Positions 1-13,060 of a DNA stretch of 64,000 bases are shown here, in pieces. Within the stretch, counting starts at the first letter, position 1, and each line of letters starts with the position of its first letter. The position numbers and the translations under genes are program-made. Under the pieces are notes generated by a model. It was not told the origin of the DNA. It saw only the letters and a list, made by a program, of their open reading frames with translations, and did no database searches. The stretch comes from Octopus sinensis (lineage: Eukaryota), in the NCBI RefSeq assembly GCF_006345805.1, contig NC_043005.1:108438001-108502000 (forward strand). The letters are read 5' to 3'.

Positions 1-60
1 GTGTGTGTGTGTGTGTGTGTGTGTGGTGTGGTGGTGTGGTGTGGTGTGTGTGTGTGTGTG

Positions 61-235
61 TGTGTAGGTTTCCACACAGTTTCTTTTCCTCAAATTCCAT
101 CCCCGAAATTTGGTAAAAGTAAGGCTATGTCAAAAGATCATTGCTCAAAGTTCTCCACACAGGTACCCGATCTAGAACTGCGTGGACGAGAAACGAACTT
201 CTTAAACACACATCTTTACAGGTTATCATAGATGT
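61..235 (-). mobile_element. Degenerate SINE family A head fragment
   Basis: Diverged match to the reverse complement of the family A head seen intact elsewhere (e.g. 18515-18660). Confidence 0.6.
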
Positions 236-859
236 ATATGCCTATGTATATAACCACCACAAATCTGCTTCCAACAAATTTTCACAATGTTCACTTCTTA
301 TCTCTAAACAAAAATAAAATTTGTTGACCGGCAGTTAGTGTGGTGAACACGGATATTCTTGTTGTTATTGTGGATGCTTAAGCACTAAGTAAACCTTGAC
401 TCGGCAGCATTGTGAGGAAAACTATTCTAGCCTTATCCAGCCTCTTTTGCATTGGTAGTGATGATGATGATGATTATGATGATGATGAAGAACAGTAGTA
501 GTAGGAGGAGGGAAATAGGATGGAGAGGAGGAAGAAGGGGAGGATAAAGATGAAGATGATGATAGGCAGTCTGTTAGATGTATTTATATATTTACAATAA
601 AGTATTTCTTGTTTTATATTTCAGTAATTACAGTGCATTATATGGGCATTTTCATTTTCTGTGTATATACACAGACACAGACACACGGATACACACACAA
701 ACAAACAAACATCCCTCCATCCATCCATACATACATATATATATATATATATACATACATACATATGTATATATATATATTATATATATATATATGTGGT
801 GTGTGTGTGTATGTATATGTATATATATATTTATATAGAGATTTATATATATATATATG

Positions 860-902
<43 letters not shown>

Positions 903-1001
903 TGTATATATGACTACACAGAGATATACAAAGAAGAATTATGAGCAGTTATGCACACAACCACATAGACATTACACATATATGTGTATATGGTGTATAT
1001 G

Positions 1002-1092
<91 letters not shown>

Positions 1093-1422
1093 ATATAATG
1101 TGATTTTTTTATCTGTGAAATAACAAATTTACAATACGAAAAAAAAGCAACAAGAAGGAAATAAAGTTTGATGTATGACTAAAAAATAAGAATTATCAAA
1201 TAAATGTAGAAATCAATAAGAGAATAGAATGAAAAATAAGTGAAAATCGAAGATTCTACACCACATCACCAGGATAGACTGAAATAAAATGTGACATATT
1301 TTCATTGATGATGCTGATCAAGATGACATATCTATATAACTACACACATGCACACACACACACATACATATATATATGTAAATGTGTCATGTTTATATGT
1401 GTGGGTGTCTATAAATAAGTAT

Positions 1423-1453
<31 letters not shown>

Positions 1454-1601
1454 CATATATATATACATATATATACATATATACACACACAGATAGATGT
1501 GTGTTTTTATGTATATAAATATAGATATGTTTTATATATATATATGCATGTGTGTGAATGTATATATGTATATATATATGTATATATATATCATCATCAT
1601 T

Positions 1602-1633
<32 letters not shown>

Positions 1634-2607
1634 CATATATATGTATATGTGTATATATATATTTTTATATATATACATATATATGTATATGTGTATATAT
1701 ATATTTATATATATATACATATATATGTATATGTGTGTATATATATATGTAGATAGATAGAATCAAATGTATATACGTACACAGATATGCATGTATATCT
1801 ACATAGGACTATATGTGTGTGTGTATGTATGTATATATATGTGTATGTATAATAAAGTGTGGTATGTTTATATTTAACTCACTTACATACACTCAAACAC
1901 TGAAAGACATTGGCCATAGTTGTTTTGGAGACTGTAGGCTCCTCATGGTTTATGTATGTAGAAACATATCAAGTTGGGCTCAGACTGAAGCCATTTGCTC
2001 TGTCAGGCAAGCATTTCTGCTGGTTATGTTTCATCATGGCAGACATTGCTTCAATCCTTTTAGCACAGTGGAAATTGCATTTCCTGTATGTAAGCAGCAA
2101 AACGTACATTTGTTGGAATGTGATAAAGGTTTATGAATTAATTACAAGCACTGTTAGAAGTAACGATAACAATTAAACTGTCTGTATTTATATTTGAGTT
2201 CACTCAAATTGAAGAGACATACATTGCAGCGATACTGTCGGAGAAATATCTTATTATTTGGAGAAATATCCGATATTTGCATCAAAACCCATCCAGCAAA
2301 TCTCTGAACAACGTCTTTCTACTACCAAACACACGTTTTGTCATAGTGACACTTCATCAGAGATAGGGGCCATTCCGGTTAGTCATAGACCAGAATAAAC
2401 TGATATTCTTGTCAGTAAAAAGTAAAAAATACATTAGCTGAGATGTGTAATGCGTTTTCAAGCTGAAATGAACTAAGTATATGTGCACACATAGACATAC
2501 ATACATATTTAAGAGCTTCTAGAATAGATCTAAGCAGTTGGTGTTGATTATAGGGATAATGGTGTCAGTCAGGACAATAATGTTAAAATAACTTTTATAT
2601 ATATATA

Positions 2608-2661
<54 letters not shown>

Positions 2662-2876
2662 TGTTCAAATTTATTAAAAAAAAACAAAGACAAAGACAGG
2701 TGTAGGAACAACAAGCAAGCTTTCAATGACAAACCAAGAAAGCTTCATAAGACAGCAGTATCCAGAAATTTTTAAAATTTAAAATTTGCAGAGATTTAGG
2801 GCTTCAAATGAAGAAACGACAACAGAGTGGACGTATATAGTATATATATATATATATATATATACATACATATATA

Positions 2877-3030
2877 CAGCAGGCTTCCACACAATTCCTG
2901 TCTAGCAAATTCACTCAGAAAACATGGACACACCCTAAGCTATAGTAGAAATCACTTGCCCAAGGTGCCATGCAGTGGAACTGAACCCCAAACAACTTGG
3001 TTACAGAGCAAGTTTCTTAACCACACTGAC
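2877..3030 (-). mobile_element. SINE family A head fragment
   Basis: cacttgcccaaggtgccatgcagtggaactgaaccc...ttcttaaccacac matches family A head. Confidence 0.8.
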
Positions 3031-3191
3031 ATATAAAAATTTATATATGCACATCTGTTTTGAAGTAGATTTTGCTTATTAGAAATGTAAAAATCAATGT
3101 CTTTCTGCTTCACCCTGTATGGGTGCGTGTGTGTGTGTATATATATATATATTATATATATATATATATTATATATATATATATATGTATG

Positions 3192-3222
<31 letters not shown>

Positions 3223-3769
3223 GTGTGTGTCTGTTTTTGCATGTGTGTATATGTGTAAATTTGAATACATATATACATGCATATAAATATATACATATAT
3301 ATATTACATATGAGTGTGTGTGTGTATGTGTATGGGTGTGTGTGTGTGTATGTGTGTGTGTGAACATCTGATATCTCGTCTTCTTTCTATGCTCTGTATT
3401 TTTCTCATTTTATTAACTGAAACTGAGAACAATTGACACATCTGACACTTGCTTATAAAACAGATATCCAATAGGATAATCCATGGTTCAGTGCAACTTA
3501 GATACACATGAAGAAGCACAGCAGTTGATAACCTCTGTCAGCTCTACATAACACATATATGAGAAGTATATGCCATATATGGACACAGCTGAAAGCATAT
3601 GATAAGCAAAGAGCTGTTCCCTTCTCTTATGAATCACTAGCTTCAGTGTTGTCATGGTGGTCAGCATTACATGTATATATATCCACTTTTCCACTGCTTT
3701 TCTTTATGTATGTGTATGTGTATGTAAACATATATATATATGAATATCATCGTCATCATCATCATCATA

Positions 3770-4040
3770 ATCGTCGTCATCATGATCTTTTAAATCCATT
3801 GCCCATGCTAGCATGGGTTGGACAGTTTGACTGGAGCTGGCAAGCTGGGGGACTGCACCAGACTCCAGTCTGATTTGGCTTGGTTTCTACAGCTGGATGG
3901 CCTTCCTAATGCCAGCCACTTTACAGTGTGTACTGGGTGCTTTTAGCGTGGCACTGCACAAACACCTCTACATGGCACTGGTACAAAACTCTTACAGACC
4001 AAACCCCCTTCACTGGGGAGAGCAACCTTAACACTTCTGC
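3770..4040 (-). mobile_element. SINE-like family C copy ((GAT)n tail, AGGAAGGGCATCCAGCTGTAGAAA core)
   Basis: ccatgctagcatgggttggacagtttgact...ctggatggccttcctaatgcc is shared with 23700, 36255, 42585 and 62315. Confidence 0.8.
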
Positions 4041-4804
4041 TGTGTTATATATATATATATATACATGAATTAGAGTATTATCTAGTCAGAAAATCAATTG
4101 TTTTTAAGGAATGGTGTTCAAAATTTTAATAAAAATTTGATTTAAACTTTATTTGGTTCAATTAAGAGAATTATAAAAGCAACATAAATTTATATCCTTG
4201 TAAAAAATTTGTACTTTATTTCATTACAATGAGAGAAATCTTGAACAAATACAGATTAGAACAGCAATGAATATGGTTGAGGGTGATGCTTGTTACAAAA
4301 TACATAAAGATATGTTTTTCTTCATTTGTTCAAAATTCATATCTGAGAAGCAAAATAAAAATAAAACTGAAATGTGATAGTGTTGATTTATTTTACTGGA
4401 TAGAAGCTGAAAATAGAATATTTTTCTTTGGTAACACGAACACTTATCATATGATACAGTCAAATAGAATAGTTGTAAATGCATATAGCATATCTAACTA
4501 CAAATAACTATAAAAATTGAGGCATATGATATAAAATGAAATTGCCAGGTTACAATTAAGATCATTATGAGTGAACCCCACCTCCCCTCTAAATATTTTT
4601 TTAAGATCACTTCAGCAAGATATCTTGAACTATAAGCTAACAATATAATTGAATAGGTAAGATTTCTAGATTTGGTTAATATTTTATCCTTAGTACTGAT
4701 AATATGTCAGCCATGGAGGAATGACTGCATGTCATGTGTATGGATTGTAAAATGAAGAAAAATATACTTTACAGGTTCTATAAATAAAGTTTTTTTAACC
4801 TATC

Positions 4805-5050
4805 TTTTATCTTTTACTTGTTTCAGTCATTGTTTTTCCTTTTTTTTTCTCTTAAGCCTGGTACTTATGAAATCACTCACTTCTAGTTAACAGTTAAGTT
4901 ATGGGGATGTAAACACACCAACACCACTCTCAAGGCTTTGGTTGACCAGTGGGTATAGCTTATGGCACTAGCCCAATGTTCTACATACTAGAACTGAACC
5001 CAGAACCATGTGATTGGAAAATAATTTCCTACCACACAACCATGCAAGCA
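4805..5050 (-). mobile_element. Degenerate, internally deleted SINE family A
   Basis: Tail cttttacttgtttcagtcatt, body gtaaacacacca and head motifs; abuts the PLE fragment. Confidence 0.7.
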
Positions 5051-6045
5051 CCTATGAACTACACCGGTGAATTAGTATATGTTAGTAGACCAATGTCTAA
5101 TGGATCTACCTGTATGCATGTGTTGACATGTTCCACATCTGTTATCATTACACTTGGTTACTGTGAATGCTTTATCCTGTTTGCTCATATTGAATTTTGC
5201 CTTTGTTAGTAGTTTCTTTAGGTTATATGGTTGCCTTTTGCTTAAGATTGGTATTTGATAAGTTATTATTTTTTTTAAATTTTTCACTGTGATTGTAATT
5301 GGCAAATTTGTTTGGATGATGATAAAAATGTTTTGGTGATGTGGATTGTGTGCTACTAGAAATGGTATTATGTTCCTTTGATGGGTTTGTCTTTTTTGTG
5401 TTGCTATAGGTATTTGTGTTGATCTATAGGTATCTCATTTGCTCTTTGTATGCAATTTTCTATATGTAGGAGAGGGTAATTTTGCTTGAGCAGAAATCCT
5501 TTAAGTTCTGTAAGTTGTGTGTTTCTGGTATCTGGATCATCGACTATAGTACAAATTTTCCTGTCTAGACAGTATGGGATGTTGCGTTTTGTGTGTGTGT
5601 TGGGTGGCATGATTTGAAATTTAGGCACTGGTGCGTATCTGTGTTTTTGTAATAAATACCAGTTGTGATTGTGGTGTTGTTTTTAATTACCATTATGTCA
5701 AGAAATGGTAATTGTGTGTTACTCATTTCTCTTGTGAATTTGTGACTAGGGTGTAGATTGTTGAGGAGGGTGCTGAATTTTTCCAGATTTTCTTGGGGTT
5801 TGGTCCAAATTAGAAAACAATTGTTGGGGTATCTTTTCCATGTGTTCTCTATATATCTTTTAAGGGTCATGCCATAGTTCACTTCAATTTTTTTATATAG
5901 GTTTTGTTCCATGTATTCCAATAATGAATTCGTGAAAACTGGAGCAAATTGCATCCCCATAGCTGTGCCTCGAATATGGAGGTAATTTTTTCCTTTGAAA
6001 AGGAATGAATTGTTTTCAAGGATGAGGGCTGACTGCATCTAGTAT
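5050..6045 (-). pseudogene. Penelope-like retroelement remnant: RT domain, post-RT region and Cys/His linker
   Basis: ORF 5565-6038: ENNSFLFKGKNYLHIRGTAMG...KRYPNNCFLIW (degenerate RYxDD), LNNLHPSHKFT, LPFLDI, YYKNTDTHQCLNFKSCHP. Frameshifted continuation HTKRNIPY...LLKQNYP, then KRQPYNLKKLLT...KCNDNRCGTCQH. Confidence 0.9.
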
Positions 6046-6376
6046 GAAAGTTACAATCATGTTTGCGATGCCTGTGGATTAGTCAAAACCATATTCTAAA
6101 AGTTCAGCTTTTTGGAGCATTCTAAGAGGAAGTAAAACTTGTCAAAAACTCAACTGTCACTTAAACACATTTGAAATCTGATAATTACTCTATGAATGAA
6201 AGCACTAATTTAAGTTTATGAGCAATGCAAAATATTCTTTTAATGTTAAAATACCATAATAAAACACGTGAAAGCTAAACCATGTTTTAACTTTATTCAA
6301 CTAATATATTTTTCTATACACATTCACACAAATTTCAAACAATATGTGTGTGTGTGCCTCAATGAATATATTAATT

Positions 6377-6443
<67 letters not shown>

Positions 6444-6690
6444 CGATAGGTAGATAGATAAGTAGGTAGTTAGATAAATGTTAAAGGTAAGATCCAAGGA
6501 TCAAGGTGTAGGTAGTTAGTGAACTTCAAACAACCTGTAGAAGATATATAAACAACTTTCCGGAAGAATAGTGGTTTATTGGCCCAGGAGATTGTGAATT
6601 TTTCCCATATCAAAGTACGATAAGCTGAAAAAAGGTAATTTTATAGTTCATGGTTAGCAACAGAGGTTGACCTATATGCAAATAAATATT

Positions 6691-7005
6691 CAAAAATTAC
6701 GGAATGGAATAGATAAAATCCAGGCTACACATGTTTCATAGCTAGTGAAACCTTGAAAGTAGTAATTTATCCGAATGATGGGTAGACCATATGCCACACT
6801 TCAGGCCAAGGATACCTTGATTATATGAAATTTATATGGTCATTGGGAGATCCCATGTTAACACGATGGGGATTCAATCAAGATATCCTTGGCCTGAAGA
6901 GTAGCTTCTGGTCTGCCCCTCATGTGGATGATTCACTACTTCTGAAGTTCTCCTTGCTTTGAAACATATAGCCTGGATTTTTTCTGTTCAATTCCCTAAT
7001 TTTTC
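6691..7005. mobile_element. Foldback/MITE-like element with about 130-bp imperfect inverted arms
   Basis: 6691-6822 is the reverse complement of 6876-7005 (aaaatccaggcta...cttcaggccaaggata.cttgatt), with a 53-bp spacer. Confidence 0.75.
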
Positions 7006-7060
7006 AGTTGATCTATTGATCTATTTATCTATCTGTCTGTCTGTCTATCTATCTATCTAA

Positions 7061-7280
7061 CGGGAAGCTTTATGAAAATAAACAAAAGATGAAGGCAGGT
7101 GGAGTATAAACAAACAATTGTATTAGTATGGCGCTCAGGAATATAAATAAAACAAGACTTTTACGTTTCGAGCCTACGCTCTTCAACAGAAAGATACACA
7201 GAAAAGAAACACAGAGAGAAACAAGGAGAGAAAAAAATGCATGCAAAAGCTAGTGATTCAACATGGCGAACTGCTATCTA
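7061..7280 (-). mobile_element. PLE-type terminal repeat (family P2) with hammerhead-like motif
   Basis: Reverse complement aligns to 8306-8490; contains cttt-CTGTTGA-A-GAGC-GTAG-GCTC-GAAAC-GTA-aaag. Confidence 0.7.
7158..7193 (-). ncRNA. Minimal type I hammerhead ribozyme-like motif (A6U core variant)
   Basis: Stem I CTTT/AAAG, core CTGTTGA, stem II GAGC/GCTC, GAAAC, GTA cleavage triplet, palindromic ACGT in place of stem III. Confidence 0.55.
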
Positions 7281-7411
7281 CCAAGATATATAATATATAT
7301 TATATATCTATTTATATATATATTACATATATATACATACATATATATATATATATATACATACATAATTATATACATATATATATATACATATAATATA
7401 CATTATATATC

Positions 7412-7456
<45 letters not shown>

Positions 7457-7989
7457 TAATATAAATAATATATATATATGCATATATGCATATGTATACG
7501 TACATATTTACATGTATACATATATATATACATATGCATATGTGGGCACAGGACATCACAAAACATAAACAACAAATAATACGAAGTACGGAGAAGATGG
7601 AATAAGGACTTTTTTTGCAAACAACAAAAGAAACAAATGGAAAACAAGACAAGCAATACGAAGAGCGATCCTTCATCAGTTGTTCGCTGTCTTTCTAATC
7701 CGTATTTCGAGCAATTCACGATAAGATACGCCTTTGATAAAACAATTGTTCCTGCAAAGCAAATTAAATCAAATTTGCAATCTTGTGGAAGGTCAAGATT
7801 GGTGGCAAAAACAGGACAGGCAAAACAAACAGGAAGGGCGGCTAAGCCTAAATGAGTTTGTGGTGGTGAACGCGAAGAAAGAAGTCTGGACAGGAGACAG
7901 AGAACAAAACGCCTTCCCTGACCAGCTGAAACAGGAAGAAAGAAAGAAACACAAGTTAGGAGAATGGCCTATATATGATGGACTCTCCT

Positions 7990-8235
7990 TTCAAAGACAG
8001 TCTATGAGTATTCAGCTTTTGCTGAATAACCTTGATAAATGATTTGCTTATAGTGATTAAATGTTTGTGCCACATATTAACTCACTCTCTCCATCAAATT
8101 CACATTGTCTGACCAGGTGCACAGTGTGCCACACATCAGGTGTCGAAGTGATTGCAGAGCAAAGGGAGATGAACACAATGCACCACCTGGTCTTGGGATT
8201 GAAACCATGATTGTTAGATTGTGATTTCAATATAT
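7990..8235 (-). mobile_element. Degenerate tRNA-derived SINE (different family)
   Basis: B-box-like catggtttcaatccc on the minus strand followed by a SINE-like body; family identity not confirmed. Confidence 0.5.
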
Positions 8236-8265
8236 ATATATGTATATACATACATACATACATAC

Positions 8266-8305
<40 letters not shown>

Positions 8306-8307
<2 letters not shown>

Positions 8308-8490
8308 TGATAGATCGTTAGCCACTACACACATTTTTTTCTCTCCTTGTTTTTTCTGTGTCCCTTTCTGTAGAAGAGCGTAGGCTCGAAACGTAAAAGA
8401 CTTTTTCTATTCCTGAGCATTATACTAATACATCTGCTTGCTTTGTACACCACCTGTCTTTGTCTTTTGTTTTTTTTCATAAACTCTCCC
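8306..8490 (+). mobile_element. PLE-type terminal repeat (family P2), inverted relative to 7061-7280
   Basis: Alignable diverged inverted copy with cttt-CTGTAGA-A-GAGC-GTAG-GCTC-GAAAC-GTA-aaag; a tail fragment also occurs at about 2665-2725 (minus). Confidence 0.7.
8364..8399 (+). ncRNA. Minimal type I hammerhead ribozyme-like motif (A6U core variant)
   Basis: Same architecture as 7158-7193; core CTGTAGA. Confidence 0.55.
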
Positions 8491-8524
<34 letters not shown>

Positions 8525-9302
8525 CAAACACACAAATACAAAGAGAGAGAGAGAGAGACAGTGGTGGGAGACATTGCATAAATACACATGAAAACAGTGG
8601 ATAATTCAACATGAAATTAGGGAAACATATTTAAGGTAATCAGTATTTATTGTCTATTCAGTAAAAGCAAATAAAATGAAAAATGAAAGAAATAGTCAAA
8701 AACAAACAAATGAATAAATATATAAGAAAAAATAAATGGATTCATCCATGGAAGGTCTTTGATTATTTCCAGTTGGTCATTGTGACAGATGTAGTAAAAT
8801 GGAGACTGCAGGAACTAATGGCAGATAAATCAGGTACAAATAAGGTAACAGGTAAAACAAAAAAAAAATCGTGATTATGATGGTTATTATGATGATGGGG
8901 ATGATGATGATGGTTGTGGTGGTGAAGATGAAGGGGACGACAGTTATGATGGTGATGATGATGCTGATCATGAGATGTTGATGAACATGACAACAATTAA
9001 GATGACGATGACAAGAATGACAGCAATGGTAGTGTGTGTGTGTGTGTGTGTTTGGTGATAATGATGTTGATAATATCGATGATAATGAATACAGTATATA
9101 ATGAAAAAAATAAAGCACCGTTAAGTAGTTTTTTCTGTTTTATATACATACATATGCATATATATACATATACATATATATTCAAACATATATATACACA
9201 CACACATATATATATACAAATATATATATATATGAATATATATACATATATATGTATTATGTATATAAGAGTATATATGCATATATATATATAAGTATAT
9301 AA

Positions 9303-9360
<58 letters not shown>

Positions 9361-9504
9361 CATACACACATATATATATCACTATACACACACACGCATA
9401 TACATATGTTTACACTTATTTCAGCATGACGAGATGTTGTTTTTTTTTTCTTTTCATGTTTTTTCATGCAACGTATTAGAGTTTTACATTAGCGGTGTTT
9501 GAGA

Positions 9505-9721
9505 TTAAGCTGAGATTAGAGATGTGTGAATTAACGGAGAAAGTTCTTTTATCAAAGTGGGAAGGTGGAGGGAGGGAAGATCATAGAAAACTTCTTAATT
9601 AGTGGCAGACCTTGATGGTACCGCAACCACTTGTGTTGTTTTAGTGAGTTTCAACACATATTATTACATGTAAGTAACTGTCAAATATACATGAGTGGTC
9701 TATATATTAGTGTATGTGCAT
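9505..9721 (+). repeat. Left arm of near-identical inverted duplication (partner 18188-18404)
   Basis: Direct alignment; only a few differences in about 215 bp. Confidence 0.95.
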
Positions 9722-9869
9722 ATATAATACATATATATACAAATATATACATAATTACATACATATAATAACTACATAACACGCACAGTATACATATATT
9801 TGTATATGTGTGTAAACATATGCATATATATATATATATATATATATCTATATATATATATATATATAT

Positions 9870-9926
<57 letters not shown>

Positions 9927-10538
9927 TACATACAAAATCAAACAAGCACACTTATAAAGATAAACATGTACAAATACAAACAGACATGTGTGCATATACA
10001 CAGAAAACCCCTAAAACACATCAGTATATTATATATATTATATATAATATATATATATATATATACAGCAGTACATAAACACACGTGCTTGATGAATATA
10101 CAGATTTCTCTATCATTATTATGTTATGTTATGTGATATATTAGGAAAAAGATGAAAAAGGTATTAGGAGAGGAGAAAGAACCAACATTTTGAAAGGAAG
10201 CCTAGATGAGTCAACAAAAGAAAACGAAAACGAAACACGAAATAAATACCTCCCCACCCACCTTTTCCCCAGATAGAACAACAACAACAACAATAATGAA
10301 ACTAATCAAGTACTTAAAAGAAGAATAAACAAGCGATATTCCTAAAGTTTTCTAATTAGTTTTGGTAAGTTTTATTTAACTATTGACGATAAACTTTCTT
10401 TTAGATAATGATCTAAGACCATGGTGGAAAAAATATGTATATATATATACGATGCATACAAATGTATATATTACTAATATGTGTGTATGTGTGTATGTAT
10501 ACATATATATATAAATATCTATCTATCTATATATTATA

Positions 10539-10579
<41 letters not shown>

Positions 10580-10849
10580 GTATATACACACACAAGCACA
10601 CATGTACATGGACATTGGTATTAAGGTTAGTATATATATGTAAAGTAAACAGGATTGCATATCAGAAATTCTATAGGAATAAACATATGTCTCTACACTT
10701 TTATTAACAAAACTGTGTATGGTGTATTTTCATTTGTTTTTGTTTTTTTGGCCAAAATTAATCAAGTGATATCTATATGCATATATGTATATGCATACAC
10801 ACACACTCACACATATATATATGATATTTATATATATATATATAAATAC

Positions 10850-10902
<53 letters not shown>

Positions 10903-11185
10903 CTATATATTATATTATATATATACGTATATATATTTATATACATACATACATATATATATATGTATATGTATGTATATCATGTATATACATATATATG
11001 TGTGTGTCTATGTATGTATATGTGTGCATATATATCTATATCTCTCCTCTCTATATATATATATGATATAAATATACACACATATGTAAGTATGATGTAG
11101 ATATATATAGACATATGCATATATATTTATACATATACAAGCACATATATGTGTATGTGTATATATATATGTGTGTATGTGTATG

Positions 11186-11253
<68 letters not shown>

Positions 11254-11384
11254 TATATGTATGTATGTATGTGTGTATGTGTGTGTGTGGGTTTATTATA
11301 TTCAGTATATATGTAGACAAAATAAAGTATTTAGGTGCTTTGAAAGAAAAAGAAAACAAACAAAAAAGTCTGTCCTTCACATTT

Positions 11385-11900
11385 GATTGAGTGAAGGAAG
11401 ATTAATGTTTCTTAATGCTGCTTGATTAGTGGCAGAGATTGTGTGAGGTTTGTTGTTTTGTGTGTTTGTTTAGGGCCTTTGTTCGATTTCCATCTTGTTG
11501 TATATTTTATGTAGGACCTCTGTGAGTGAAGCAGTGGTTTTGTTTGTTATTGTTGTATGCTTGTTGATAATCCTTGTGTGTTTCTTGCGATTGATATACT
11601 TTTTTTAGGGTCTCAGTATGAGTGATTCTGTTGTGTTGCTTTTTGCAGTTGTATATTTGCTTATAGTCCCTGTACGAGGGAAATTTTTATTGCTTGTTAC
11701 TGTTGTGTGGTTTTGTAGGGTCGTTGTGTGAATGTGAATATACAGTGTTTGTTATGTGTTTTTGTGGGGTCTGTGTGCATTTGGGTCAGTCCTTGTTTAC
11801 TTTGTGGTTGTAGGGGTTCTATTGTCAGTCTGTATGGTCTTCCTCTGGTGCTCTGAGGATTGTGTTGAATTTGTATGGGCATGTGTTGTGCTCTGTCAAT
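11385..11900 (-). pseudogene. Highly degenerate PLE fragment (post-RT region to start of GIY-YIG)
   Basis: A/C-rich minus strand with remnants resembling the linker of the 5050 and 20560 elements (..KTTNL.. before the GIY-YIG); many frameshifts. Confidence 0.45.
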
Positions 11901-11916
11901 ATTAGTAAGACCTAAA

Positions 11917-12297
11917 GGCCATGAGCTGGCAGAAACATTAGCACGCTGGTCAAAATGCTTAGCGGTATTTCGACTGTCTTTACATTCTGAGTTCAAATTC
12001 TGCCGAGTTCGACTTTGTCTTTCATCCTTTCGGGGTCAATTAAATAAGTACCAGTTACACACTGGGGTCGATATAATCGACTTAATTCATTTGTCTGTCC
12101 TTGTTTGTCCCTTCGGGGTAGTAAAGAAATAGGTATTTTGCCTGTCTTTACATACTGAGTTCAAATTCAGCCGAGGTCAACTTTGCCTTTCTCCTTTCAG
12201 GGTCAATAAAATAAGTATCAGTCAAACACTGAAGGCAATGTAATTGACTTACCCCTCCCCAAAAACTGCTGGCCTTGTGCCAAAATTTGAAACCAAT
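11917..12297 (+). mobile_element. SINE family B, head plus two tandem body units with different tails
   Basis: gagctggcagaaac head, gagttcaaattc B-box, gactttgcctttcatcctttcggggtc core; re-entry at ggtattt 12132. Confidence 0.85.
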
Positions 12298-13060
12298 ATT
12301 AATAACACCTTACTGTTGTTGATGTAGTTATTCTTGTATCGAGGAAACATATGCTTAAAGACATTCCATCCATTACTATCCTGTGTATTTTTTATTACCA
12401 AAACTACACTGTTTGGTACTCTCATTTTATAACACAGTAGTGAGTGATTTGTTGGAGAAAAGGTTGATTAATTGTGTCTTGTTAATGACACAATTAACTA
12501 TATAAGTTGAAAACCATTGTACCATGTGAGCTACCATGATGAGTGTGTGAAGTGGATTTAAATGAAATATTATACAAAAATTATCAAATAAACACTTAGT
12601 TTTTAGTCTTCTTTCTTGTTTTCAGATGCCTGTAAATATGATTGTTTCAATCTCACATTTTACATTTCATTTCTGGCTCTTATAGAAATACCCCAAAGGT
12701 TTTAAATATGAAACAGGAGCAGTCACTCTAAGAAATGTCCCCATGAAAATGCTTTGTTTTAAGTAATGTTTTGAAAAAGAATCATGTTTTGAAAACACTT
12801 TCATATCAACGTTCTTACAAGAATTAAGGATCCCCCACTTCCAGTCATTCACATACTACTTAATCCATAACTGGAACCATAACAGGTGCTACTACTCAGA
12901 GTAGTCCCATACCATGGAAGTCCCATACCAGGGCCCCTTTAAGGGATGCAGTTAAAGTCATAATCAGACAATAGATAGATAGACAGATAGATAGATCGAT
13001 AGATAGATAGATAGATCGATACATACATACATACATACACACATACATACATACATACAT

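Noticed and set aside
2331-2370. Hammerhead-like CTGATGA-A-GTGTCA-CTA-TGACA-AAAC on the minus strand
   Set aside because: G12 is missing, there is no NUH triplet and no stem I; at best a decayed PLE remnant.
7660-7720. CTGATGAAGG with upstream CGAAAT on the minus strand (type II hammerhead?)
   Set aside because: Could not form stems II and III consistently.
12468-12497. 11-bp perfect hairpin (a similar 10-bp one at about 30570-30610)
   Set aside because: AT-rich short palindromes are expected by chance; there is no terminator context in a eukaryote.
12626-12710. Strong plus-strand acceptor cttctttcttgttttcag
   Set aside because: Only short uninformative frames follow; no donor or supporting partner exon.
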